Shown piece after piece: positions 13,056 to 26,695 of a DNA stretch of 64,000 nt. Under the pieces are notes generated by a model. That model had not been told where the DNA came from. It searched no databases and saw nothing but the letters and a program-made list of their open reading frames with translations. How positions within the stretch are numbered: the stretch's first letter is position 1; each line of letters begins with the position of its first letter. Position numbers and translations under genes: made by a program. Source of the DNA: Callorhinchus milii (lineage: Eukaryota); assembly GCF_018977255.1 (NCBI RefSeq), contig NW_024704743.1, positions 107,138,001 to 107,202,000 of the forward strand. The letters run 5' to 3'.

Positions 13056-14015
13056 GCCTCTTATTGCTTATAAGATAAACTTCTAGTTCCGTTAAAAGAT
13101 CTAATAATAAATCTGACCTAGACTTCAATCTCAATGATCTAACTGGAGAATCTTCACCGACCATCTACATTTATTGAAGATAAGTTATTAGAAATACACT
13201 GAATGAATTCAGAAGAATGCTCAACAGGAAGGGGAAAAAAACATCAATTCTGACACGGCTTTTTGAAAAAAATTTGAAGGTTGTTCTGAAACCTCCACAG
13301 TAAAGCAAATAAAATGAACGATTTCATAAAGTGACTGCTATTGATAAAAAAAATGTCAAGAAGCACATCTGAATTCACTCTACAGGCTGCAATAGCCGGC
13401 TGGCATATCAATTTTATTACATTTATTAAATATTACTGGAGCACAAAAGATCTTTGTGGTTTATTTGGCTACTCTTCATAAGTAAAAATAAATTAATTTT
13501 ATATTAATAATAATCCTTGCAATTGATATAGTGGCTTATCACATCACTGAGAATTCTCAAAGCGCTTTACAGGATATACTGTAAAGTGGTTTGACTGTGT
13601 ATTGAGTGAGTGAAACCCGGGAGCAAGTTGCGCACAGCAACGTGCCACAAACAGCCATGGAGTGAGTAAACAATTTTATTTGAGGGATTGTTGGCCAGAA
13701 CACCAGGAGAAAGCCCTTTGCTTTTCAAATAGCACCACAGGATCTTTTATATCCACCTGAACAGGGCTCGGTTGAACATCGCATCCAAAGGACGCACCTC
13801 CATCAATGCAACAACCCCCGTCCCAAGCACTGCAATGAAGTATCAGCTTAGATTATGTGATTCTAAGTCCCGACATTTTATGAGATAATGTGTGACCAGT
13901 TTATTCCTAAATTTAACATCAACTGTTAAATGTGCAAATACAAAATCCTTCTCAAGTACCCAAGCAGTTAAAAGTTAGATTATAAGTAAATGCTTAATAG
14001 TTTGAAAATCCCTAC

Positions 14016-14052
14016 CTGCTGGCAGGATAGGCGGAATCCACAAACTAAATTT
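14016..14052 (-). CDS. NSMAF: NSMAF coding exon 5
   Basis: ttttacag| ... CAG|gtaggg; 37 nt; NLVCGFRLSCQQ. Follows a 102-nt intron and restores frame to exon 6. Confidence 0.8.
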
Positions 14053-14154
14053 CTGTAAAAGCAGAATTTATTTCAAGTAAAAAAATAGGAAATCACTACT
14101 GCCAACGTATCTCAAATGAAATTGAAAATCATCCCCAGACAAGCCTAAACTTAC

Positions 14155-14222
14155 TCTTCAGAGGGATTATTACTTTGCTTATCCTCCAGCTCTTCAATTC
14201 TGCTGCAGTCTCTGAAAGAGAA
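14155..14222 (-). CDS. NSMAF: NSMAF coding exon 4
   Basis: tttgcag| ... |gtaagt; 68 nt; FSFRDCSRIEELEDKQSNNPSE(E). The RDC motif and the phase fit the flanking exons. Confidence 0.85.
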
Positions 14223-15821
14223 CTGCAAATATTCAAAGGTCAGTCTACATTGACAGTGTTCTGAATTCAAAAGCAGCACATTAGTATTCAGTGGAAAAAC
14301 ATAATTTAAGCACTACATAAATAGATCGTTAGTGTCTGATTTTATTGTAAAAGGTGCAAAGATTCTCATTTTATATCTAAAATTTACATAGCCATTTATT
14401 TCTTAGAAAAATAAATATTGAAGCCTTGAAATATTGCATACCCTTTTAGTAATGCTGTCCAAGAGAAGGTTATTCAGGAATCCAAAAAACAACGGATATT
14501 TAACTGACCATTAATAAGAATTACTGTGCCTAGTAAATAGATCCTGTACAAACAAAACATCCTTAACTACAGTAGCATGTAACTTTCAAGTCAATTTGCT
14601 TTCATTTAAAAATATTCATATTTACTAAAGATTCAGTTTTACAATGCAGATCATATCGATACCAATATTGGACAAAAGTAAACAATGGCAGAAAAAATAT
14701 CTATACAAATAACAGACACGTCAATTTAATCTTGTGATTAACAAAACAAATCAGTTAATAAAACTGTCAATAACAAAAGGCACTTTCTAGTACAGCGTAT
14801 AAAGCCTTGTTCAAATTTCTTTGTTATGAAAAAATGACAATTTTGGTTAATAAACAAATCACCACATACAAAGATTCCCAAAGAAGTGGAGAAAGAGGAT
14901 TCGAGGAGGAAGATTGGGGTTCCTTCCATTACAACAAGCATTTATAAAGCGTCCTTCAAGCGGGGTAGTGTCTTGGAGCGCTTAACAGTAGTGAAGCAGT
15001 TCAGAAAGGTAGGAAGGTACTAGGGCATGACCATCACTCAACATAATGTAATGTTTTAGTTGCAATGTCTCAAGGATAAGGGAATAATGTCAGCATGTAA
15101 GCTTTCTCCTCACTTGTGGCCATTTTCATTGCTTTAAATTTTTCTTGCATTGGTATCTTTACTTGTACAGCAAGTTATGATTTTTGATTGGGATGTTCCT
15201 CCTGACATGAAAGACGCAATATCAATGCAATTTGTTGTTATTATTGATAAATATTGGTGCTTATGTAGAAATCATTGTAGAACATTATAATAAATAATGA
15301 CACAGCTTCTGCATTGCCTGTCTAACGAACCACAGTATATTAGCTTCAGTGATCTTTTAATTAATTTGCTACCATTTTGAAAAGTAACATCTTCTTTAGA
15401 ACTTACTCTTTTATTCATGAGATGCTAATTCTGGTTAAAACAAGAAAAGCATAGCATAACCTCAGGTATATAGTGCAAAATGCCAATGAGATAGTAGCAA
15501 GTATCGCCCTTCAAATGAAACAAATCCTCAACTCAATTGAGTTTTCTGTTCATACAGCTGAGATAATTTTCATCTTATGTCATGTGCACCCAGGACAATA
15601 TTGATTGGTCCATATATTGTACTATAAAATATAACATTTGCATTTTTAGAAAACAACTCACATGATTCTGGGAACTATGAATTAATTAAGAAAAAACATA
15701 CATTTCACAATTACAAATGCTCTGTGACACTACCTGCATGAAGAGTGCTTTATAAACGCAAGTTGTTGTTTAACATTTTTGGGCATTGAATTTCAAACTA
15801 TGTTATGTTAGAAAGTTCCTA

Positions 15822-16100
<279 letters not shown>

Positions 16101-16689
16101 TTAACCCGACCACCAACTATGGTCGACATTTATTGGAGAAACCTACTTTCTGGCCTATCCTGGTGGATGTACTGTAGATCAAAATGATCTCAACCATAAG
16201 TATAATTCCTGAAAAGGATTTTTATTCATTTCAAATGATATTCTCAAAGATCTGAGGAAAAAATAATAACAAAGTTCAGACCAGCAGTGAAGACGAATGT
16301 ACATTTGAATACTAGACGTAACACAGTACCATTAATATTAAGAGTTCAGTTGCAATGTAATCCGAAAACTGATTGAACGCTGTTAATTTTTTTGTGTGAT
16401 TAACATCTAGTTAACCTTACCTTGGTAGATAGCACTCCAGGACACTACCCTGTGTGAAGGGCTCTATTTAAGTGCAAGTTATTATTGTCGTTGATTTAGA
16501 TGAACAAAGTTCTTACATAAACATTTATTACATAATAATATGTAAATAATTGAACATTAAACATTCCAGTTAAAGACCATCGTCAGCACTACATCCAGCT
16601 TCACTCCATTATAACAAGCATGTAGCAAACAATAGACTGTGACATTTTTATAGTAAATTTAAATTCACAGGTGGCGAACCCATTTCCAC

Positions 16690-17000
16690 TGGCGGGTGGG
16701 TCAGTAACCCAAGGATACTGATTTAAAAATAGTTGTTAAAAGAAACAGAGGGGATGTGAGGAGAAATGTTTTCATATAGCGAGTTGCTGGGATCTGGAAT
16801 GAATTGCCTGAAAGGGTGGTGGAAGCCGATTCGATAACAACTTTTAAGAGAGATGCAGATAACTACTTGGAGTGGACAAGTTTGCAGGGCTATGGGGAGA
16901 GAGCGGGGGAGTGGGATTGACTTGGATAGCTCTTTTCGAAGAGCTGGCACAGGCACGATGGGCCAAATGGCCTCCTTCTGTGCTGTATAATTCTATGATT
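16690..17000 (+). mobile_element. CR1 3' fragment
   Basis: WNELPERVVEADSITTFKR-like translation; tail GGGCCAAATGGCCTCCTTCTGTGCTGTATAATTCTATGATT. Confidence 0.8.
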
Positions 17001-17561
17001 CAGTGGAATCCGCTTTCGCCAGATGCCGGTTAATCCCGGACATAGCGAAAAATCGAACAAAACGCCTGGCCCCGATTCATTTGCATTCTTGCCTGTTTTA
17101 AATATGCCTGTTAATTTGGACAAAAATCTGGTTAATCCGGGCAAAATGCTACATTGGTTGCCGCTGCACGTATTCACTCGGGCCTTCTGTGTCGAGCCTT
17201 CAGCCACGAGGGGATGTAGAAGGGAGGAGTCAAATTATGATTGACAGCAGACTCCAGCCATTCACGAGAGTTCAGAGGAATGGGAAAGAACTAGGGAGAA
17301 GATGGGAGGAGTCAAATCGCAAATGATTGACAGCTGAGCCGCTTGTGACTGGGTGGAGCCCATCCATTCACAAGCGGCTGAAGGCTGTCAATCACCTCAG
17401 CACCGCAGCTACTTGGCCCCCTTCCCATCGTATGGGAAGGGCAATGGGAGGGAGGAAGCGCAGACGTTCCTCTGCTGGCCGGGAATGGTATTTTGGTTAA
17501 ACTCGGACACCTCTTAAGTCGGACAAAATATCAATGCATATGGCTAAACCCGCTTCCACTG
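17001..17561. mobile_element. Non-autonomous Tc1/mariner (pogo/Tigger-like) DNA transposon / MITE
   Basis: Imperfect 21-bp TIRs CAGTGGAATCCGCTTTCGCCA ... TGGCTAAACCCGCTTCCACTG (17/21), TA on the right flank, and subterminal (G/C)TTAAnnCGGAC-like motifs. No transposase ORF. Confidence 0.7.
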
Positions 17562-17719
17562 TATATATTTTTATAGGTGTACTTGGGTAACTTAAATGTC
17601 ATTCCCTATTCTTTGGCTACATATACTGACAACAACAGCCAAGAAGTCGGATGCACATTCCTGCCTCTTCCACCCACCCACTTTTCAAGAAGAACCAAGG
17701 AATCTGTAGGCACACGCTC

Positions 17720-18135
17720 CGATTCAATATCTCTTCCTTCCACCCCCCCCCTCCACCTCACCCGCCCTTCTTTGACTTGCTGACTCCCTACCAACCTGCC
17801 CGCTCCCTCCGTTCATCGGGCTCCGGTCTGCTCCATGTCTTCTACCCGACCCGCCCTATCATCGGTGACTGGCTTTCAGCCTCTCTGCCCCGAAACTCTG
17901 TAACTCCATCCCATGGTCTCTTCACCTCTCTTCCTCCCTTGCCTCCTTCAAGGCCAGTCTTAAGACCCTCCTCTTCGACTGTGCCTTTGGTCTCCCTCCC
18001 ACCTCTCTGCCTTCCTTCACCCCTACACCACCCCTCCCCCATGCTTGGGCCCCGACACCTGACTGTTCAGCACTTTGGGACGTCCTCCCGACGTGAAAGG
18101 CGCTCTACAAATGTAATTTTGTGTTGCTGTTGTTG
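17720..18135 (+). mobile_element. L2 LINE 3' fragment
   Basis: DLLTPYQPARSLRSSGSGLL; 3' UTR shared with 27865-29272; (TTG)n tail. Confidence 0.85.
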
Positions 18136-18390
18136 TGTTCAACATGGACAGACAAGGAATAGAGCCAGGAATGAACCTCCATTTGTCCTTACTCTGCAGC
18201 ACTGAATGTGGACTCACTAAAAATATATTTTTTCCAAAACCATTACAACAATGGCCATCTTCACACAGAGGAAGATATAAGCAATTCAAAATAAAATTGA
18301 AATGTCAAGCTATAAATATGAACACAGCACAGCAGTAGATTGCTCATAGAAGATCTTGGAGTGGATACTTTATATTGGATACTTTATATT

Positions 18391-18711
18391 AGAGTCCTGT
18401 AGCTCATGGAGTCCTGTAGCTCAGTGGTTAGAGCACTCGCTTTCCAAGCGAGAGACCTGAGTTCAATTCCAGGCAGAGGGCGAAACCTTGGGCAAGTTTC
18501 CTTACTCCACACACCTAATAATAATCCCTCCAAAAACCAAAAACAATAATACATTGGTCATTTTCAATCTACGACTGTTTGTGGGATATTGCTGTGCGCA
18601 ATTGGCTGCCGCGTCCGCCCACAAATATACAGTCAATTCACTTTACAGTGTGTTCTGGGATGTCCTCCCGACGTGAAAAGCGCTATATCAAATGCAAGGA
18701 TTATTATTATT
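18391..18711 (+). mobile_element. Young DeuSINE with duplicated 5' end
   Basis: GAGTCCTGTAGCTCA occurs twice (18392 and 18409), followed by the full element. Confidence 0.9.
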
Positions 18712-19934
18712 AATATATATATGGTTAGTGGTTACTTTGTCATCAGTGAGAGAAAATACACTTTAGTTTCATGGATAGAGAAGTCATGGAATACGATTTA
18801 CATCCCAAGTGGACACTGCCCTCCAAAGTCAGTACCAAAGCTACAAGTGAGTTGTGGTAACCACTACGCCTATAATACAGAACATATCAAGTGTTCATTC
18901 AAACTGAAGATCGGGAAAGCAATTAAAAATTTACATGAAAATAATAATAATAATGCTTGCATTTGATATTGGGCCTGATCACATCTTCGAGGCGTGTCAA
19001 AGCACCTCACAGAATATTCTAACTGTGTACATCAAATAATTTTCTGATTTTAGTAAGTATACTGCAGATTGCATAGCAGTTTTGCTGATGCGACTATGAA
19101 TTGTTTTCTTTTTCCCATAGTGAAATATAGTTAGCTCTCGAAACAGGAAAAATGCTACAATGTTTATACACTATAGGCCTGTTACAAAAGACATCTGAGC
19201 CTAATCCAAAACAACTTTAATAAAAAAAAGTGTTAAGAATCAGTTGCCAATATTAAAATAATTCAGGATGACTGAAAATAAATTATACACAATTTTGAAA
19301 AAAACGATAGAACCCAAGGTGGTGAGAATGTTTGGATGCCCTTAATTATTTTTAATGAATTACTCTTATTTTAAACGATCCATTGAACATACAATATTCA
19401 ATCATGTTCAATCCTGAGTCTGTTCTCAGTTCAAAGCAGAAGAGGGAAGAACATCGAGAAGAATTGATCAGAATCATTAAGGTACAATTTTGACCAAATC
19501 TACCCTTACTTGGGGCAAAGATTAATACTTTATTTTCTTTTAACTGTTTTTAGTACGTCCAATTCTCTTTCTACACGACATATGCCTCTCTGCTCCTTGT
19601 CTTACTTTCTCTTGCTGGAGTGCGGTTGCATGAGCGCCGGTTGCCCTCTGGTACCCAGTCAAAGTGGCCACTGTTCATGTGTGAACCTAGATGGTGATGT
19701 TGGCAGGCCACTTGACTGTAGAGGGTGGCACAGCCAAGCTGATCTCTCCCCACCCGGCTGTTACAGACATGCACAACCAATTTAGGCTTTCCAAGCAGCC
19801 CGGCTGAGCAGACAGGCAAAATTAGAAAACTAATTGGGCCCACTAAATTTATATTAAACCAAAGACAAACACGAACTGTACATCACAAAAACTTTCGTAA
19901 ATGATTCCCGAGGCTTTCAGGGTTTTTACAATAC

Positions 19935-20024
19935 CTGTTTTCGCCTTTTTCATTGGCAAGCACATAATAAAATGTGTGGTGATCAAAGTAATACTCCTCC
20001 AGGTCAAGAAGCAACAGAGAAAAC
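19935..20024 (-). CDS. NSMAF: NSMAF coding exon 2
   Basis: ttctaacag| ... |gtattg; 90 nt; (R)FSLLLLDLEEYYFDHHTFYYVLANEKGEN(R) matches the FAN motif RFSLLLLxLEEYYF. Confidence 0.95.
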
Positions 20025-20959
20025 CTGTTAGAAGAAAAACAAATGAAGTAATAAACGGTTTAACCTTTTCCAAATACAATATATACAATATACAGTATAT
20101 AAATATTTTAAAAAGACAGTGTATTTGGCATTAAGAGAACTCTCCAGGAGATACACATGAAATACTGTGTAGGTTACAGCTGCTTCTGAAAGAACACAAC
20201 TTACATTGATATAGCACATTTTGCATAAATGGAAAGTCTCAAAATAATTTGATGAAGGGAAGTAAACTATATACTGTACACAAGAACAACAGAAAAGCAT
20301 TTTCAACGTTACAGGACTTTGGTGCATATGTTTATTCAGTATCATGGCTTATTGTGCATAAAAAGATAGGATGTTATTACTCGGATCAGTGTAGTATCCT
20401 GATCTTTGGTAACTAAGGTACGTACTGTATATAAATACCATTCGGTCACTGGATCAAAATAACCATGTTCATGTCCTCAAAATGAGCAGTAAAAATAAAA
20501 TCATCCTAGCTGCCAACATTTTTTTAACAAAAAATTCTTATGCAGCATTTTGTATCTAAAAGAACATTTCAAAGTTTTTCACAAATAAATAAAGCGAACC
20601 TTGTTATGGATGGAAATGGGAAGCAATGCCCACAAAACAATGAGACGAGTAATGTGAATGATGGAGGTGGAATGGAATTTGAATAAGGGAGGGATATAAA
20701 TTGGGCAACCAGGAGAAAAATCCTGCACTTTTATTTGAAAGGGAGAAAGAGAATACCTTAATATCAATCTGAATCAAATGGTAGCTGGATCTCAATTTAA
20801 CATTTTGAAAAGGGATTATGATCTGGTTTTTTTTTTACAGCTACAATCATGTAGTTTGGTATAAAATGTTCTATCCAATGACCCGATTAAGGTTCTGGAA
20901 GTGCCTATTGTTCAGTTAACCTCCAGGTAGACCACGGCACACAAAAAATAAGCAACATA

Positions 20960-21838
20960 GCTAACAGTGAAGAAGATTGTAAGCAACTTCAGAAATAGAC
21001 CAACTGGTAGATTGGGCAGAGAAGCGGCAGATGAAATTCAATGTAGAAAGGTAAAATTATACATTTTGGAAAGAAGAATAAGGGGAATTGTATCCTAAAT
21101 GGTAGAATTTTAAAAGGAGTAGAAGAGCAGAGACTTGGGGGTTAAAATATATTAAATCTTTACCAGTGAGAAGGCAGCACAATATAATACAAATTTATGT
21201 AGTGCCTTTCATATCAGGAGAAAACTGAAGAAAGCTAATGAAATTCTAGGTTTTATTATTACAGGTATAAAATATAAAAACAAAGAAATGATGTTTAGCT
21301 CGTATAAAATGTTAGATAGATCAGTTAGAGCATTGTGCTCAGTTTTGTCTGCCTATTTTAGGAAAGATGTCAGGGGTATAGAAAGAGGGCTCAAGGGAGA
21401 TTTTCTAGAATGATCCCAGGGTTTCATACCAGGATGATCATGGTTTGATCTAAGAGTAAAGACCTGAGGAATTGGGCCTGTTTTCCCTGGAACAGAAAAT
21501 GTTGCTGGGAGACCTGACTGAGGTCTTTAAAATTATGAGGCATTTTGATAAAGTAGATAAAAATAATTTCCGCTAGTTGAGTCAGTGACTAGAGGACATC
21601 AATTTAAGTTAATTAATAATGGAAAAGAGGGTAGGAGGATTTTATTTAAAGTGCTTTTCAGATGTGCAATGCACTGCCAAATGCTGTGATCGAGGCATGA
21701 TCCATATTAGCTTTCAGGAGGAACTAGGTGGATACTAAAAATGAGTAACTTGAGTATGGGGGAAAAAGACATGTAAATAGGATTGAAAGGATTTCTCTTT
21801 CAAAAAGCCAACAAAGATACAATGGGCCAAATGGGCTT
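20960..21838 (+). mobile_element. Degraded CR1 3' portion
   Basis: WAEKRQMKFNVE and GDLTEVFKIMRHFD remnants; GGGCCAAATGG tail joined to a short L2 tail. Confidence 0.75.
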
Positions 21839-23482
21839 TTGGGACGTCCTCCCGACTTGAAAGGAGCTATACAAATGTAATTTTGTTGTTTCCATGATGT
21901 TAAGTGCTACCTGCTACCTAGAGAGAACAGTGTCTCTCGCTCATGGAATGATATCCCAGTGGAAGAGAAAAGAGTTAAAATATTTCATTCTAGAAAGGAA
22001 GAAAATTGGCAGAGAAAATTTCTTCCTCGTAATATTCAGCAAACAACTCCACTGGCAGCAGCACTCCAGTACATAAGGCACTATCTCCAGCGGCATTGAT
22101 CGCAATAACCAGAAGGTTTCCTCCCTGCTTCAGGAGTCAGCAGCCATTCGTTTGATGGAACTGGTTGCCTTTAATTTCTGGCGAGCGAAGACCATGTCCA
22201 TAAAACAGCATTGCAATTTATAATTTTGGAAACAACAGGACAACGTGGTGATTCACACCTACAATATAGTTTTTGAGTTGCTGCCTGATCCTGTGGATTC
22301 AGTGTCCTCAATGCAAATAGGGTAAATCCACAGTAACAGCAAACCTCAGAGCAATAAATCATACTATAAGTGCGGCTCCATCTTTTCCCCAACCAACCTC
22401 TGCAATAACCACCTGCTCAACTCTCCTACTGATTATCTTTGCTTCATAAACTCAGAGTTTTCAGTCACGGTGCCGTCATTCTCTTGAACACACTTCCTTT
22501 TGTCTCACATCCTCTATCATACTTCTCAAAACTCATTCTAATAACCGAACTCTTTGCCTGTGCGTTTGCTCAGCTTCCCTATCCCTTTGTTGAGTGCCCC
22601 ATACCACCATTGAAAACAATTTCCCTTAGTGAGAGGTTCTAGTGCTCCAAGGCTCTACTCCATGTAAAAGATGCTATATAAATGCAAGTTATTGTTGCTA
22701 TATAAATGCAAGTTGTGACTTAACACATGCTTGCCTTACAGCAAGAAAAGCAATTATATTGGTTTACAGTTTGCACCTTTTAGATCAAAATAACTTTTAG
22801 AGCACAGTTGGTAGCTAGTGTGAAACCAAGCTGTTACAGACTAGAAAAGGCCCTTTTTGACCTCGGCTAAGCTGTTGAGCCTCAGAAAGACACAACTGGA
22901 GTACTGCAAAGGGATTCAGCAAGATTCCTGGGCCAGGAAAGAGAAAGATTACCTCATGTTCCATCTCTGATCGGTATCCAGAGGTTGAACGTGTTCCTGC
23001 CAATGGTGAAGCAGAGTGGGTGAGGGATACGTAGAAGGCCCAAATTAGAGCAAAGGCAGTGTGGCTAGGGAGATCACAGGGGTATGCAGGTATTTGAAAG
23101 TAATGAGAATCTTGAAATTGATCTGATGGGGAATAGGACTCTAGTTATAAATGTCACTCGATAAGGTACATTTAGATTCTGTAGAAAAACATTAACCTGC
23201 TTGTTTCGCTTAAGAAAAGTTAGCCATGTAAGATACAGAATATATTATCTAATTCAGCTGACAGGCATCCAGCTAACAACGCATCTAAACTTTTTCCATT
23301 AAATTACTGAATTACTTACCAACAATTCTATTCATCCCTTTCAATCAGAAGTAAGACACAACATGGTAGAGCACTAATTTCCTTCTATTACGGAAAGGGC
23401 AGGCTGGTGAAACTAATCAAATAGCTCCTTCAAACAGCTAGTACAGTCATGTTGGGCCAAATGGCCTCCTTCAGTGCTGTTG

Positions 23483-23797
23483 TGGAGTCCTGTAGCTCAG
23501 TGGTTAGAGCACTCGCCTTGCAAGTGAGAGACCTGAGTTCAATTCCAGGCAGGGTGAAACCAAGTTTCCTTACTCCACGAGCCTAATAATAATCCCTCCA
23601 AAACAAAAAACAATAATAAATTGGTCATTTTCAATCCACGACTGTTTGTGGGATACTCACTGCTGTGCACAATTGGCTGCCGCGTTTCGCCCACAAATAT
23701 ACAGTCAATTCACTTTACAGTCTATTCTGTGAAGTGTTTTGAGACGTCGAGAAGATGTGAAAAGCGCTATATCAAATGCAAGGATTATTATTATTAT
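23483..23797 (+). mobile_element. Young DeuSINE inserted in a CR1 3' tail
   Basis: Left flank GGGCCAAATGGCCTCCTTCAGTGCTGT and right flank ATAATTCTATGA rejoin into an intact CR1 tail. Confidence 0.9.
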
Positions 23798-24599
23798 AAT
23801 TCTATGAGGTAATGTGGAGAGACAGGACCCATGGTTGTGAGGGCCAGATCAGGCTCAGTTTAGATGTCCAAACAGAGTGGGGGAAACTGGAGGGAGATCA
23901 GATGGAATAATTTCCTGTACTGCTTTCACACAGGCGTCAACCTGGCTCAGTCGGTAGCACTCTCACCTCTGAGGCAGAAGACTATGGTTCAAGCCCATCA
24001 GAACTTGTCTCACATCCTGGAGACACCAGGAACAATAACCAGGATTTCTCAAAATCCTATGCAACATTGCTTAAATATATTAGATATGTATGGGAACACT
24101 TCGCCCACTTCAGAGGGAAGAGCAACAATAAGGAATACTTAATACTGCAGAGAATTAACAGCTTAGGGCAACTAAATCCAACATCTTGCCACACACACTG
24201 TAATTTATATTTGAAAACAAGACTACCACTGTAATATTCCAATGATTAGGTCAAAACCTCAAGAAGGAACTTCAACCATATTTGGCCAAAATGGAAATTT
24301 CCACATAGCCCATATGAGGATAATGGTAGAAATAGGAGCCGAGCACATTCCAGGGCAGTAGTATGGGCTTCCTGCCACCCTCCCCGTGTGGTCAAACACA
24401 GTGCTGGCAATCACTGATCAAGTAGCACTGCCCCACTGGACCTCGATTTCCACTTGAGCTAATTTAAAGACTGCAATCAAATTGAATAGAAGAAACCAAA
24501 CACATTTCTATCTTTACATTCCCAACTAATGGGCTTCACCTTCCACACAACCCAAACTCCTGGGTCCAGACCGTCACTTGGACACACATCCAGGATTCC

Positions 24600-24920
24600 T
24601 CTTATTCCGAGACGTTACCTCATGTGAAGGGATGATCACGTCAATGCCCAAACCCGTAACACAGCAGCAGCAGCAGTGGTTGAGACACCTCTGGGCCTAC
24701 ACCTGTCCCCCAACCCTGTTGCTCCTTTCTCCCTCCAGGACTCCCCCCCCCTCACCCCCAGACCCTCCGCTCTCTCTGCGGGCCTCGGGCCTGCTTTCAC
24801 CCTGAAGCCTCGCCGTTGCCCTAAAGCCTCGCCCAAGATACCCACCTTTCCCGGGAACGTTTCCTCTTCTTCACAAACGCCATCGCGGCGGCGAGAGATG
24901 GAAACACCAAAGATTGTCCG
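24600..24920 (-). promoter_or_regulatory. Small CpG-rich region around NSMAF exon 1 / 5'UTR
   Basis: Local CpG/GC enrichment (cgcggcggcg, ccggg, ctcggg) against an AT-rich, CpG-poor background, covering the start codon. Confidence 0.55.
24846..24883 (-). CDS. NSMAF: Protein FAN (neutral sphingomyelinase activation-associated factor), coding exon 1
   Basis: ATG at 24883-24881 preceded by GCCGCG. Encodes MAFVKKRKRSRE(R); donor AG|GTGGGT; 38 nt. Splices in frame to exon 2 and resembles the vertebrate FAN N-terminus MAFI.KK...ERFSLLLL. Confidence 0.9.
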
Positions 24921-24921
24921 A

Positions 24922-26695
24922 TCCTCCCCTTCCCCTCCCCCTCCCCCCTCCCCGGCCTCAACCCCTCCCTCCCCAGTCCCTCCCATCCCACCCCCCTCCC
25001 CGGCCTCAGCCCCTCCCCCTCCCCGGCCTCAGCCCCTCCCCTTCCCCAGTCCCTCCATCCCACCCCCTCCCCGGCTCACCCCCCCCTCCCCGGCCTCAGC
25101 CCCTCCCCTTCCCCCAGTCCCTCCCTCCCTCCCCCTCCCCGGCCTCACCCCTCCCCTTCCCCAGTCCCTCCCTCCCTCCTCCCGCCTCAACCCCTCCCCC
25201 TTCCCCAGTCCCTCCCCTCCCACCCCTCCCCTCCCCGGCCTCAGCCCCTCCCCTTCCCCAGTCCTCCCTCCCCCTCCCCGCCTCCAACCCCTCCCCTTCC
25301 CCAGTCCCTCCCATCCCACCCCCTCCCCGGCCTCAGCCCCTCCCCTCCCCGCCTCAGCCCCTCCCCTTCCCAGTCCCTCCATCCCACCCCCTCCCCGGCT
25401 TCAACCCCTCCCCTCCCCGCCTCAGCCCTCCCCTTCCCCAGTCCCTCCCTCCCTCCCCCTCCCGGCCTCAACCCCTCCCCTTCCCCAGTCCCTCCTCCTC
25501 CTCCCCGGCCTCAACCCCCTTCCCCAGTCCTCCCTCCCACCCCCCTCCCCGGCCTCAGCCCCTCCCCTTCCCCAGTCCCTCCCTCCCCCCTCCCCGGCCT
25601 CAACCCCTCCCCTTCCCCAGTCCCTCCCTCCCTCCTCTCCAGCCTCAACCCTCCCCCTCCCCGGCTTCAACCCCTCCCCTCCCCGGCCTCAACCCCTCCC
25701 CTTCCCCAGTCCTCCCTCCCTCCCCGGCCTCAGCCCCTCCCCTTCCCCAGTCCCCCCTCCCACCCCCTCCCCGGCCTCAGCCCCTTCCCTTCCCCAGTCC
25801 CTCCCATCCCACCCCCCTCCCCGGCTTCAACCCTCCCCCTCCCCGGCCTCAACCCCTCCCCCTCCCCCGGCCTCACCCCTCCCCCTCCCCGGCCTCAGCC
25901 CCTCCCCTCCCCGGCCTCAACCCCTCCCCTCCCCAGTCCCTCCCATCCCACCCCCCTCCCCGGCCTCAACCCTCCCCCTCCCCGGCCTCAGCCCCTCCCC
26001 CTCCCGGCCTGCCCCTCCCCCTCCCGGCCTCAGCCCCTCCCCCTCCCCTGCCCCAGTCCCTCCCCCTCCCAGGCCTCAGACCCTCCCCCTCCCCGGCCCC
26101 AGTCCCTCCCCCTCCCAGGCCTCAGCCCCTCCCCCTCCCCGGCCTCAGCCCCTCCCCCTCCCCGGCCCAGTCCCTCCCCCTCCCAGGCCTCAGCCCCTCC
26201 CCCTCCCCGGCCTCAGCCCCCTCCCCCTCACCATCCCTCCCCGGCCCCAGTCCCTCCCCCTCCCCGGCCTCAGCCCCCTCCACTCCCGGGCAGCCCCTCC
26301 CCCTCCCAGGCCTCAGCCCCTCCCCCTCCCCGTCCCTCCCTGGCCCCAGTCCCTCCCCCTCCCGGCCTCAGCCCCTCCCCTCCCCAGCCCCTCCCATCCC
26401 CGGCCTCAGCCCCTCCCCCTCCCGGTCCCTCCCTGGCCCCAGTCCCTCCCCCTCCCAGCCCCTCCCCCTCCCCGGCCTCAGCCCCTCCACCTCCCCAGCC
26501 CCTCCCCATCCCCGGCCTCAGCCCCTCCCCCTCCCCATCCCTCCCCGGCCCCAGTCCCTCCTCCTCCCCGGCCTCAGACCCTCCCCAGCCTCAGACCCTC
26601 CCCCTCCCCAGCCTCAGACCCTCCCCCTCCCAGGCCTCAGACCCTCCCCCTCCCCGGCCTCAGTCCCTCCCCGGCCTCAGACCCTCCCCTCCCCT
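24922..26695. repeat. C-rich (G-rich on - strand) degenerate minisatellite, ~1.8 kb
   Basis: Dozens of permuted modules CCCCTCCCCGGCCTCA(G/A)CCCCT, CCCTTCCCCAGTCCCT and CCCATCCCACCCCC, with extreme C/G strand skew. Confidence 0.95.
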
